DNA of 64,000 nt from NCBI GenBank assembly GCA_963805085.1, contig CAWDTA010000003.1, forward strand, positions 96,001-160,000. Reading direction: 5' to 3'. Under the pieces are notes generated by a model. The model saw only the letters and a list, made by a program, of their open reading frames with translations, did no database searches and was not told the DNA's origin. A program made the position numbers and the translations under genes. The stretch comes from an uncultured Veillonellaceae bacterium (lineage in GTDB: Bacteria > Bacillota > Negativicutes > JARBTT01). Below, one piece after another: positions 8,728 through 18,792 of this stretch (its first letter is position 1; every line of letters starts with the position of its first letter).

Positions 8728-10008
8728 ATGAAGAAGGCGGATCTTCTTTCTACTTTGTTTGTGGGAATTGACATAAGTTCCCGCGAAAATGTCGTTTGCG
8801 CTATTGATTTTGAAGAGCAAAAACTGTTGCGATTTACTGTGCCCAATAATCAACCAGGTGCAGTTGAAATGGCTAAAAAGTTTCATGATTTTTTTTCTGA
8901 AAATCATGATCTTAATAAGCTGGTTGTTGCCTTAGAATCTACATCTTTCTATGGTATTCACATAGCTAACTACTTATCTTCCTGTGAATTATTGATGCCA
9001 TTTGACACTCATGTTTACTGTATAAATCCCAAGATGGTTGCCAATTACAAAAAGTCTTATATCGGTCTAGGCAAAACTGATGCAATTGATTCTTTTATTA
9101 TCGCTGATTTTGCTAGAGTTGGCAGAATTACCTCTGCTCCTTGGCGCGGCAGTCAATTTTTAGCTTTGCAGCGTCTAACTCGCCATCGATTACATATAGC
9201 TCGTTCTCTTACTCGTGAGAAAACCTATATGCTTTCAAACATCTTTCTTAAATTTAGTGAGTTTTCTATTCTCGACGATGATAAGCAGCCCTTTTCTAAT
9301 AACTATGGCGCTGCCGCTTCTTCGGTTTTAACTGATTTTCTTTCTACCGAAGATATCGCTAACATGCCGATGGCAGCACTAATTGAACACATTTGTAAAA
9401 AAGGCAAAAATCGTTTTGCAAATCCTGAACACACAGCTTCTTTACTACAGCAAGCCGCTCGCAATTCCTACCGATTGGATAAATGTTTATACGAGCCTTT
9501 AACTATCTCTATCGCCTCATCATTTAACCTTATTTCAGCCTATGAATCTGAAATGAAGGCTATCAATAAGGCTATTGAGAAAACGCTTCGGGGACTTGAT
9601 CCTAACGCTTACCAAAGCCTTTTATCCATTCCTGGAATTGGTCCGGTTTATGCTGCTGGCATTATTGCTGAGATTGGTTCTATTGAGGCCTTTAAGTCTC
9701 AGGAAGCTCTTGCTAAATATGCTGGTCTTGTCTGGCGTGAAAACCAATCTGGCAATTTCAGAGCCGATGATACCATCCTTTCAAAAGCTGGCAATACTTA
9801 TCTCAGATACTATTTAATTGAAGCTGCAAGCCATGTAAAGAATCATTTAGCTGAATATGCAGCTTTTTACCAGAAAAAGTATGATGAAGTTAAAACTCAT
9901 CAGCACAAACGCGCACTCGCACTTACTGCTCGTAAATTCATCCGGCTGATTTTTGGATTGCTGGCCAACCATCAGCTTTACTCTCCAAGTAGAGTAAGCC
10001 AAATTTAA
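8728..10008 (+). CDS. IS110 family transposase/recombinase
   Basis: GIDIS, ALEST and KTDAID (DEDD RuvC-like); SIPGIG and QSG catalytic Ser domain; GNTYLR. Confidence 0.96.
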   Translation: MKKADLLSTLFVGIDISSRENVVCAIDFEEQKLLRFTVPNNQPGAVEMAKKFHDFFSENHDLNKLVVALESTSFYGIHIANYLSSCELLMPFDTHVYCINPKMVANYKKSYIGLGKTDAIDSFIIADFARVGRITSAPWRGSQFLALQRLTRHRLHIARSLTREKTYMLSNIFLKFSEFSILDDDKQPFSNNYGAAASSVLTDFLSTEDIANMPMAALIEHICKKGKNRFANPEHTASLLQQAARNSYRLDKCLYEPLTISIASSFNLISAYESEMKAINKAIEKTLRGLDPNAYQSLLSIPGIGPVYAAGIIAEIGSIEAFKSQEALAKYAGLVWRENQSGNFRADDTILSKAGNTYLRYYLIEAASHVKNHLAEYAAFYQKKYDEVKTHQHKRALALTARKFIRLIFGLLANHQLYSPSRVSQI

Positions 10009-10433
10009 TAGTTCCATTATTTTACTTTTTCTTTGTTTTGAAGAAGAAGCTTGTTTAGTGCACCCATTTTTTACGGATTGCTTACAAAATTTATTTTTTA
10101 TGGGCTTGACATATTACCAGATTGCTTGTTATAAATTTTAAAAAATTTATGAAAATACATTGATAAATTTTATTAATTAAATCATATAAAAATAAACAAG
10201 CAATGTAAAATCTAAAAAAATTATTGTTGATTATCATATAATTGAATGATTATTTAGATAATTTCTAAATTTAACAGTTTTTTATTTATATAATTCGTAT
10301 AAAATGAAAATTGCTAAACAGCAAAAAGTGAGTACTTGAAATAAAAAAGATATTTAAAATATGCTAAATATTTTAAATATCTTTAATAAAATTGTTTTGG
10401 CGATGGATGTTTTAATGATCATTATAATGCTAA

Positions 10434-11294
10434 TTAGAATGGTAGGTTTTTCACAAAATTAACAAACAATTTGACGATAGGAAGTTCAAGGGTGTCATTG
10501 TTATAAATCATCCAGGTCTTTCTTATAATATAGTTACCGGTGGCATCTTTTAAATTTAATTTGTGGATATTTGGAATGTTATCAACAATGCGTGATGGCA
10601 AAATGGCATAACCCAAACCGTTTTTGACCATTTCTTTACAAGTTGCTAATTTATCAACATGCATATTGATGGTTGGTGGTTTCAAGAAGTTTTCACGCCA
10701 CCATTTATCAATCTGTGATTTTAATAAATAGTCACTTTGATATTCGATACGGGGCAAATTTGGCAATTCATTAAAAATAAATGGTTGTGTAGAAGCAATA
10801 CATACAGGTTCTTCATACAATAGATCCATATTTTTGCAACCGCCATAATCAACGCTGACGAATCCGACATGGGTCTTTTTATTATAAATAAGACTAAAAA
10901 TATTTTTTGTCCAATCCGTGGTCATATTAAAATCAGCATTTGGATAATTTTTCTTGAATAGTTTTAATACATACGGTAATGTGTACGTAGTGAAATAATG
11001 AGAAGCACCAATTTCTAATGTTCCAGAGTCGATCTTAGATAAGTTGCGTACTTCATTTTTGATGTTGCTTAAACGTGAAACCATTTCAGAAGATGCTTTT
11101 ACGAGAAATTCACCTTCGGGAGTGATCTGGATTCCCTTGGTACTTCTATGAACAATTTGTACACCGAATTCTCTTTCAATATGTTGTAGCCGTGATGTTA
11201 AAGCAGGCTGTGACATATATAATAGTTGGGCGGCTTTGGTTATATTTTTTTCTGAATTCAGTGCTTGAATGATAAGCCAATCACGATCTTCCAT
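10434..11294 (-). CDS. LysR family transcriptional regulator
   Basis: NITKAAQLLYMSQPALT HTH. Confidence 0.95.
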   Translation of the reverse strand: MEDRDWLIIQALNSEKNITKAAQLLYMSQPALTSRLQHIEREFGVQIVHRSTKGIQITPEGEFLVKASSEMVSRLSNIKNEVRNLSKIDSGTLEIGASHYFTTYTLPYVLKLFKKNYPNADFNMTTDWTKNIFSLIYNKKTHVGFVSVDYGGCKNMDLLYEEPVCIASTQPFIFNELPNLPRIEYQSDYLLKSQIDKWWRENFLKPPTINMHVDKLATCKEMVKNGLGYAILPSRIVDNIPNIHKLNLKDATGNYIIRKTWMIYNNDTLELPIVKLFVNFVKNLPF

Positions 11295-11872
11295 AGAAAA
11301 ATCCTCCTCTTTGATAAATAAGCATCAGATTGTCATCAATACTTTGTAATATTAATCATAATATTTTTTACGATAAACCTGGGTTAGCGAATCTTTTGTT
11401 TATCGTAGAAGAGTTACAATGAATAAAAGTTAAGTAGCATTATCGTTGCCTAACTTTATTTTTTTAATACAGCTCTGTTGATTTCTATAAAATAGTGTAT
11501 GACTAAATTTTATTAAAATTAATTGTTGTAAAAATGAATGTGCAATAATTATTTATAAAAAAACATATTGTATACTTATTATTATAGCATAGTGCCAATA
11601 ATGAATTGTTGGAATTTTTTAAATGCCGTACATTATTTTGTTTTTCACTATGAATATGTGAATTTTTGGTTGAAAAATACTAAAAAACTCTAAAAAGTGG
11701 TGCGCTGATTAAAAATGTATAAAGTATTTATTTAAAATAAAATTGTTTTCCGATAGGAACTTTTACTGTTTATATAGAAATAAGATAAAACAATAATAGT
11801 TTAAACTTTGTATTGCTGATGTGTTTTGTCTTTAGCATATTATCATCGATATACGATAGGGGTGGTTTTTTT

Positions 11873-12646
11873 ATGAGAATGCCAGCATTGTTTATTGGAC
11901 ATGGTTCACCAATGAATATTATTGAGGAAAATAATTATACCCGTAGTCTAATGAATTTAGGAAATAATCTTCCTAGGCCAGCTGCAATTTTGGTGGTAAG
12001 TGCACATTGGCAGACCATAGGTACTTATATTACGTCCGCTGAGCTCCCACAAACGATTTATGATTTTTATGGATTTCCAGAAGAGGTATACCAAGAAAGT
12101 TATCCTTGTCCAGGTTCATTAAAAATAGCAGGACGAGTCCAAGAACTTATGCCGGATGAGGTTAGTGGCGATTCTATTAGAGGAATTGACCACGCTGGTT
12201 GGGCTGTATTAAAGCATATGTATCCACAGGCTGACATCCCCACTTTGCAGTTAAGCCTGGATGTCAGAAGATCACCACAAGAACATTATGAACTAGGTAA
12301 AAATTTTGCTCGTTTGAGAGAAGAAGGGGTTCTAATCATCGGTAGTGGAAATATCGTCCATAATCTTTCGCAATTAGATTTTTCCAGTATGTATGGTACT
12401 GAAGTTTATCCATGGGCAGCAGCGTTTGACAAAACTGTAGCAGAGTTGTTAGTAAACCATGATCATGCAAGTCTCATTTCGTATGAAAATTTGCCTTATG
12501 CCAATATCTCTTTGCCTACCAATGAGCATTATCTGCCAATGCTTTATATAATCGCTATGCAAGCAGAGCATGAAAAGTTACAATTTATTTGTACAGATAT
12601 ACAAAATGGATCGATTGCAATGCGTAGTTTTATGATTTCTGATTGA
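11873..12646 (+). CDS. ygiD: 4,5-DOPA extradiol dioxygenase family (YgiD/LigB-like)
   Basis: GHGSPM, SAHW, DHAGW, GSGNIVHNL and EHYLP motifs. Confidence 0.88.
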   Translation: MRMPALFIGHGSPMNIIEENNYTRSLMNLGNNLPRPAAILVVSAHWQTIGTYITSAELPQTIYDFYGFPEEVYQESYPCPGSLKIAGRVQELMPDEVSGDSIRGIDHAGWAVLKHMYPQADIPTLQLSLDVRRSPQEHYELGKNFARLREEGVLIIGSGNIVHNLSQLDFSSMYGTEVYPWAAAFDKTVAELLVNHDHASLISYENLPYANISLPTNEHYLPMLYIIAMQAEHEKLQFICTDIQNGSIAMRSFMISD

Positions 12647-12778
12647 TCGGTCATGGAATCAAGTCTATTTTTTATTTATACTAATAATTGATTTATCATA
12701 ACGTGTTTATTTTGCAAAGATATGATAAAATGTATATGTAGAATTTATGGATCACAATGATTTAAGGGAGGTTAGAAT

Positions 12779-13969
12779 ATGAGTTTTAAAATTACTGAAA
12801 ATGTTACTTGGGTAGGTAAGATAGACTGGGATTTAACAAAGTTCCATGGAGAAGAATATTCTACGCATAAGGGGTCTACCTATAATGCATATCTTGTTCG
12901 CGATGAGAAAAACGTCTTAATTGATACAGTGTGGTTGCCTTATACAGAAGAATTTGTCGACAATCTACAAAAAGAAATCGCATTAGCGGAGATTGATTAT
13001 ATTATTATCAATCATGGTGAAGTTGATCATAGTGGTGCATTGACGAAATTGATGGAACTGATTCCTGATACTCCAATTTATTGTACAGCAAATGCAGTAA
13101 AATCATTAAAAGGACAATATCATAAAGACTGGAATTTTCACGTGGTGAAAACAGGGGACAAGCTTAACATAGGTTCCAAAGAATTTATTTTTGTTGAAGC
13201 GCCGATGATGCATTGGCCAGATACGATGATGTGTTATCTCACAGGTGAAAATATTTTATTTAGTAATGATGCTTTTGGCCAACACTATGCATCCGAATAT
13301 ATGTTCAATGATTTGGTTGACCAAGCGGAATTATATAGAGAAACGTTAAAATACTATGCCAATATTCTTACGCCATTTAACCGTCAGGTTGAGCGTAAAT
13401 TAAAGGAACTCGCAGAGCTTAATTTAACGATTGATATTATTTGTCCAAGTCATGGTGTGGTTTGGCGTGACAATCCAATGCAAATTGTGAATAAATACAG
13501 CGAATGGGTGAAGGATCATCAAGAAAACCAAATCACCATTATTTATGATACAATGTGGGATGGGACACGTAAACTCGCTGAGGCTATTGCCGAAGGTATC
13601 AAACAGGCCGATGCGACTGTTAATATCAAACTTTATAATACAGGTCGCAAGGATAAAAATGATATTTTAACGGAGATCTTCCAATCTAAAGCAATTTTGG
13701 TTGGTTCACCAACCGTAAATAATGGCGTGTTATCATCAATTGCTGGTATCATGGAAGAAATCAGAGGTTTACAGTTTAAAAATAAAAAAGCTGCTGCTTT
13801 TGGTACCTATGGTTGGAGTGAAAAATCAGTAAAAATGATTGGTCAACTTTTAAACGAAGCGGGATTTGAAGTGGTCAATGATGGATATAAGGTTTCGTGG
13901 AATCCAGATGAAGCAACACTTGATGGGGCAGTGGAGTTTGGCAAGAGTTTTGTGAAAGCACTGGGATAG
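12779..13969 (+). CDS. fprA: flavodiiron protein (FprA/NorV-type O2/NO reductase)
   Basis: HGEVDH, HWPD, SNDAFG, PSHG motifs and a flavodoxin domain. Confidence 0.92.
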   Translation: MSFKITENVTWVGKIDWDLTKFHGEEYSTHKGSTYNAYLVRDEKNVLIDTVWLPYTEEFVDNLQKEIALAEIDYIIINHGEVDHSGALTKLMELIPDTPIYCTANAVKSLKGQYHKDWNFHVVKTGDKLNIGSKEFIFVEAPMMHWPDTMMCYLTGENILFSNDAFGQHYASEYMFNDLVDQAELYRETLKYYANILTPFNRQVERKLKELAELNLTIDIICPSHGVVWRDNPMQIVNKYSEWVKDHQENQITIIYDTMWDGTRKLAEAIAEGIKQADATVNIKLYNTGRKDKNDILTEIFQSKAILVGSPTVNNGVLSSIAGIMEEIRGLQFKNKKAAAFGTYGWSEKSVKMIGQLLNEAGFEVVNDGYKVSWNPDEATLDGAVEFGKSFVKALG

Positions 13970-14342
13970 GCTCTAATTGCAGATGAATTGCAACGAAAAA
14001 CAACAAGTCGGCAAGAGACGAATCTAAGGGCTAGTGCTAGGTATAAGAACGCAATGAAGGCTAAGCTCCCTGCGGTCAAACAAAAAGCCTTCAAAGCTAC
14101 GTACTAGTATGATCCGTCTATGTTGCCTTGGTTAAATGTTTTTCTTATGTAACACATCTGATTTCGATATAAAATTATTTTAATTGATAAACTGAAATGG
14201 ACAGGTTACTGTCCATTTTTTTTAGTTTATGGTAGAATTTTAAAATAAAAATTTTTTATAGGGTTTTTATTTATTATATTGAAATATAAAGAGATATTAG
14301 ATTTCGTATAAAATTTTATTGATTAATAGGATGGTGTAAATT

Positions 14343-15305
14343 TTGAATGTTTCAGTTTTAGGTTGCGGGCGTTGGGGGACTTTTTTGGCTTGGTATGCAA
14401 ATCGAGTTGGGCATACTGTTATGTTATGGGGGAGAGAAGGTTCGCGAAAATTTGCCGAGTTAGAAGATGTGCGAAAAAATGATTATTTAACCTTGCCAGC
14501 GGAAGTTCAGTTAAGCAATGAGTTAGAAAAGGTAATTTCCTTTGGTGAGACTATTATTATTTCGATTAGTGCGCAAGAATTACGTTCCTTTGGTGAACGA
14601 ATTAGTCAGTTCGCTCGTATAGAAGATAAAATATTCGTTTTATGCATGAAGGGGATTGAAGCGAGTAGTGGTAAACGTTTATCGCAGGTGTTTCAAGAAC
14701 AAATTGGCCAAGATAAAAAAATAGGCGTTTGGGTAGGCCCTGGGCATGTCCAGGATTTTGTTAGAGAGATTCCTAACTGTATGGTCATTGGTTCTAACAA
14801 TCTTACGGTAACGAAGACAATTGTCGATACATTTAATAGTAACTTAATTCGTTTTTATTATGGTAAAGATTTACTTGGTATCGAAATCGGTGCTGCGGCG
14901 AAAAATGTTATGGGAATTGCAGCAGGGATGTTAGATGGAATGAATTATAGTAGCTTAAAAGGCGCTTTAATGGCGAGGGGAACGCGCGAGTTATCCTTGT
15001 TGGTAGAAGCAATGGGTGGCGATGCTACAACGATCTATGGACTGAGCCATCTAGGTGATTATGAAGCTACTTTATTTTCTTTACATAGCCATAATCGGAA
15101 ATATGGCGAAGGTTTGGTTAAGGGAGAGAAATTTGATAAATTAGCCGAAGGTGTTTCCACGGTGGTGGCATTAAAAAAATTAGCAGAGGAATATAAAATA
15201 GAGTTACCAATCTGTAATGCTGTGTATGAAATCGTTATTGAACGTAAAGAGCCGAAAGAAAAGTTATTAGATTTATTTTTACGTCCAGTGAAGTTTGAGT
15301 TTTAG
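14343..15305 (+). CDS. gpsA: NAD(P)H-dependent glycerol-3-phosphate dehydrogenase
   Basis: GCGRWG, AAKNV, LGD...T...SHNR and AEG motifs; TTG start. Confidence 0.88.
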   Translation: MNVSVLGCGRWGTFLAWYANRVGHTVMLWGREGSRKFAELEDVRKNDYLTLPAEVQLSNELEKVISFGETIIISISAQELRSFGERISQFARIEDKIFVLCMKGIEASSGKRLSQVFQEQIGQDKKIGVWVGPGHVQDFVREIPNCMVIGSNNLTVTKTIVDTFNSNLIRFYYGKDLLGIEIGAAAKNVMGIAAGMLDGMNYSSLKGALMARGTRELSLLVEAMGGDATTIYGLSHLGDYEATLFSLHSHNRKYGEGLVKGEKFDKLAEGVSTVVALKKLAEEYKIELPICNAVYEIVIERKEPKEKLLDLFLRPVKFEF

Positions 15306-15382
15306 ACATGATGACTAGTATTAAGGGCTAAAAACTTGTACAATGCTACTATTAAAATAGTAAAATTATGTGGAGGTAACTT

Positions 15383-16726
15383 GTGAATTTTCAAAATGAA
15401 TATCAAAAGAAATTGGTTTCAGGACAAACAGCAGTAAAGGTAGTAAAATCGGGAGATTGGATCGACTATAGCTTTGGTTTAGGCCAACCAGTGGCTTTAG
15501 ATAAAGCATTGGCGGTGCGTAAAGGTGAGCTTAGTGATGTAAAGGTTAGGGGCGCGCTTAGGTTTTCGCCGCTGGCGATTACTGAAGTTGATCCAGAAAG
15601 GGAGTATTTTTGCTATAATAGTTGGCATTTTAGTGGGCTTGAACGTAAACTTAGCGATCAGGGGCTTTGTAATTATCTGCCGATGATTTATCGTAATTTG
15701 CCACTTTACTATCGTAAAAGTTTAGAAGTCGATGTTGCGATGTTGGCAGTTTCGCCGATGGACCAGCAAGGGTATTTTAATTTTTCTTTGACGAATTCAG
15801 CATCAAGAGCAGTTATAGAGCGAGCAAAAATTGTTATTTTAGAAATAAATGATAAGTTGCCACGGGTAAGTGGCGGCAAAGAAAATGCCGTGCATATTAG
15901 TGAAGTTGACTTTATTGTTGAGGGAGATCATCCTGGGGTGCCAGTGATTAATCCTAGTGAAATTTCTGCGGAAGAAATGAAAATAGCGGCGTTTATCACG
16001 AAAGAAATTCCCGATGGAGCAACGATTCAACTAGGAATTGGTGGCCTGCCAAATGCAGTGGGAACGATGATTGCTGATTCAGATTTGAAAAATCTCGGTA
16101 TGCATACAGAAATGTTAGTGGATGCGTATATGGTGATTGATCAAGCAGGTAAGTTAACGAATACAGAAAAAGCGATGAACCCTGGGAAAGGCGTATTCTC
16201 CATCTGTGCTGGTAGTAATAGCTTGTATGAATGGGTGAAGAATAACCCTGCATTGGAATCTTATCCGGTGAATTATGTAAATGATCCTGCTGTAATCGCG
16301 CAAATCGATAATTTTATCAGCATAAATAATTGTATTGAAGTTGATCTTTATGGGCAGGTGACAGCAGAGTGTGCAGGAAAACGTCATATTAGTGGGACAG
16401 GTGGACAGCTTGATTTTGTAACAGGGGGATACTTATCGAATGGTGGTAAAAGTTTTGTTGCTTTAACCTCTACCTATACGGACAGAAAGACTGGCTTGCT
16501 AAAATCACGTTTAGTACCAACATTAGTTTCTAATACAGCGATTACCAATCCACGTTCACAAGTACATTATTTAGTAACAGAGTGGGGCATTGCTGATTTA
16601 GCAGGACGCTCGACTTGGGAACGTGCGGAACGGATCATTGCGATCGCGCACCCAGACTTCCACGAAACATTGATAAAAGAAGCAGAAAGTTTAGGAATTT
16701 GGAGGACAACAAATAAGCGGATATGA
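15383..16726 (+). CDS. acetyl-CoA hydrolase/transferase family (butyryl-CoA:acetate CoA-transferase-like)
   Basis: QLGIGGLPN, GMHTE, ISGTGGQLDF and VTEWG motifs. Confidence 0.9.
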   Translation: MNFQNEYQKKLVSGQTAVKVVKSGDWIDYSFGLGQPVALDKALAVRKGELSDVKVRGALRFSPLAITEVDPEREYFCYNSWHFSGLERKLSDQGLCNYLPMIYRNLPLYYRKSLEVDVAMLAVSPMDQQGYFNFSLTNSASRAVIERAKIVILEINDKLPRVSGGKENAVHISEVDFIVEGDHPGVPVINPSEISAEEMKIAAFITKEIPDGATIQLGIGGLPNAVGTMIADSDLKNLGMHTEMLVDAYMVIDQAGKLTNTEKAMNPGKGVFSICAGSNSLYEWVKNNPALESYPVNYVNDPAVIAQIDNFISINNCIEVDLYGQVTAECAGKRHISGTGGQLDFVTGGYLSNGGKSFVALTSTYTDRKTGLLKSRLVPTLVSNTAITNPRSQVHYLVTEWGIADLAGRSTWERAERIIAIAHPDFHETLIKEAESLGIWRTTNKRI

Positions 16727-16892
16727 AATAAAAATTTCGCAGCATACTTGCGAATTTTGTAGTGAATAGAATGATGAAATAAGGAAAAATCCTATTAACT
16801 TAGATGAATGTAAATTCATAAGGGAATTGGAAGATTATTCTTGTATTTTGTTTTTTTATGAGATATAATGTAATATAATATGTATATGTTTT

Positions 16893-16975
16893 ATATATAG
16901 CAAACCTATTGAAAAGTAGGGACGCAAAGCCGTGGGTCTAAAGATGATACGAGTCTATGACTGCCTGGTTGCATC
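16893..16975 (+). ncRNA. c-di-GMP-I (GEMM-I) riboswitch aptamer
   Basis: GCAAACC-GAAA-GGGACGCAAAGCC-GGGTCTAA-TATGAC-GCC-GGTTGC matches the GEMM consensus. Confidence 0.93.
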
Positions 16976-17004
16976 AATTCATGATGTAACTAGGCAGTTT
17001 TTTT
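16960..17004 (+). terminator. riboswitch expression-platform terminator overlapping the aptamer 3' end
   Basis: actgcctggttgcatc / gatgtaactaggcagt plus a T7 tract. Confidence 0.85.
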
Positions 17005-17072
17005 GTTAACCTTTTTACTATGATATTTACAGAGAATATTTGATTTGATCAAAGTTATAGGAAAGGAAAAAC

Positions 17073-17969
17073 ATGAATTTAGAAAAACAAATTGTTCTTA
17101 TTGTTGATGATATATACTTTAATGCTAAATTTATTGAGGATATTTTGAAAGATGATTATCTGGTAGTCATCGTAACATCGGGAAAAGAATGTCTTGATTA
17201 TGTTGAGCATAAAAAAGTCGATATTATTTTATTAGATATTGTTATGCCTGAAATAGATGGATATGAGGTATGTCAAAGGCTAAAAGCAAACTCGGCAACA
17301 AAAAAAATTCCAGTTGTTTTTTTATCGGTAAAGGGAGAAATTGAAGATGAAACAAAGGGCTTGGAGCTTGGGGCAATCGATTATATTATAAAGCCTGCTA
17401 GTATCTCCATTATAAAGGCACGAATTAAAAATCATTTAGCAGTAAAAAAATATAATGATGTCTTGGAGAAACTTTCTTTTGTTGACGAATTAACGGGGCT
17501 ATTTAATCGTCGTTATTTAGATAAGGTATTAAAGAAAGAATGGCAATGTGCTTTGCGTACTGGTGAGATCTTATCGGTTCTTTTAATTGACATTGACTTT
17601 TTTAAAGGCTTCAATGATTGTTATGGCCATTTAAAGGGAGATAAGTGTCTGCAAAAAGTGGCGACTGTTTTAAAAAATTCGGTATTGCGTTCGAGTGATA
17701 TTGTTACAAGGTATGGTGGCGAGGAATTTATTATTATTTTGCCGTCAACATCTCAAAATGGAGCAATAAAAGTAGCAAAAAGATTACAGGAGCAATTAGC
17801 TTTATTAAAGATAATCCACCAAGGGTCAGATATCAGTGAGTATGTTACGGTGAGTATTGGTATGGCTTCTGTTATTTCAAAAGACTTTATCGATGAAAAA
17901 GGGATCCTTGAAATGGCTGATTTCGCATTATATCAAGCCAAAAGGCAAGGGCGAAATAGAATTGTATAA
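17073..17969 (+). CDS. REC-GGDEF diguanylate cyclase
   Basis: REC domain (DD, DIVMP, KP); GGEEF A-site; RSSD I-site; NDxxGHxxGD. Confidence 0.95.
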   Translation: MNLEKQIVLIVDDIYFNAKFIEDILKDDYLVVIVTSGKECLDYVEHKKVDIILLDIVMPEIDGYEVCQRLKANSATKKIPVVFLSVKGEIEDETKGLELGAIDYIIKPASISIIKARIKNHLAVKKYNDVLEKLSFVDELTGLFNRRYLDKVLKKEWQCALRTGEILSVLLIDIDFFKGFNDCYGHLKGDKCLQKVATVLKNSVLRSSDIVTRYGGEEFIIILPSTSQNGAIKVAKRLQEQLALLKIIHQGSDISEYVTVSIGMASVISKDFIDEKGILEMADFALYQAKRQGRNRIV

Positions 17970-18066
17970 GCTGGTCCGATAAGGTAATGCACCTGTAATT
18001 TAATTATCATTCGTGAGCATAATTGCTATCATAATTAAAAATTTCAAATAGTAGAGTTTCTATATG

Positions 18067-18128
18067 CAACCAATAAAAGCTTACTTAAATCCTATTTTAT
18101 ATGGATTTAAGTAAGCTTTTATTGGTTG
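18067..18128. terminator. perfect 26-bp inverted repeat, likely terminator
   Basis: caaccaataaaagcttacttaaatcc-N10-ggatttaagtaagcttttattggttg. Confidence 0.75.
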
Positions 18129-18233
18129 TAGAAAAATGTGATCTTTTTTAGGTAAAATTCTATGTAGTCATATATTTCACTGATCTATATTGTGTGGTTG
18201 CAAGAAATCAATGATAGGCAGATGAAAAGAAGA

Positions 18234-18261
18234 ACATAAAAAAAAGTTGATGCATAATATA
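18234..18261 (+). promoter_or_regulatory. SigK-like promoter (ACA-N16-CATAATATA)
   Basis: Matches the B. subtilis SigK consensus AC-N16/17-CATA---TA. Confidence 0.55.
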
Positions 18262-18305
18262 AGTTAGGTAAATTGCAAATGAAAAAGAATATAGGAGGGA
18301 AAAGT

Positions 18306-18620
18306 ATGAGCTTTCTCAACTGCTTTGCCAATAGTATAGGATCCATAACAATACTAACGGATGATGGTTTTATATTTCAAGGACAAATCGTGAAGTTCCG
18401 TGAAGAAGACCGACATAAGGAAGAGGATTTTATTTTATTAGAATTGATTTGTAACGCTTCAAGGGTTACTGAAGATGGAGAAATTAGAAATATACATCCA
18501 GCACTTTATCGGGATAATGATATTATTAGAATTAATATATGCAGTATCATTGCAGTAGGTCCTAGTAACGGTTGCCCGAGCAACCATGACCATCATAAGA
18601 GCGAAATTTGTTCACAGTAA
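18306..18620 (+). CDS. hypothetical protein, possible spore-coat protein
   Basis: GGAGGG RBS before ATG 18306; Cys/His-containing tail; SigK-like promoter. Confidence 0.65.
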   Translation: MSFLNCFANSIGSITILTDDGFIFQGQIVKFREEDRHKEEDFILLELICNASRVTEDGEIRNIHPALYRDNDIIRINICSIIAVGPSNGCPSNHDHHKSEICSQ

Positions 18621-18792
18621 TTTAAACCCTGCTTATTGGATTAATTATGGCAGTTACTGAAGCTGGCACCTTTGTTATAGGGTGTCAGCTTCAGTATGGT
18701 ATTTAAAATATACAAAAACCCGCAGATTTGCGGGCTTTTGTATGCTTACTGATTTATATTTGAACCACATCAATACTGCATCGGAAAATCTT

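Larger units (their letters stand above)
8379..10126 (+). mobile_element. complete IS110-family element bounded by CT cores (8379-8380 and 10125-10126)
   Basis: Contains a DEDD transposase; no terminal IRs. Joining the ends gives TTGACA(10106-10111)-17 nt-TATAAT(8383-8388). The empty site cactactcCTtgttat restores the AAGGAG RBS of the DASS gene. Confidence 0.9.

Noticed and set aside
8658-8907. Short minus-strand ORFs overlapping the IS110 left end and transposase start
   Set aside because: No RBS or recognisable motifs; they are shadows of the transposase and ncRNA region.
17600-17680. Possible Hypr (cGAMP-making) GGDEF
   Set aside because: The specificity Asp in GHxxGD is retained, so it looks like a canonical c-di-GMP cyclase.
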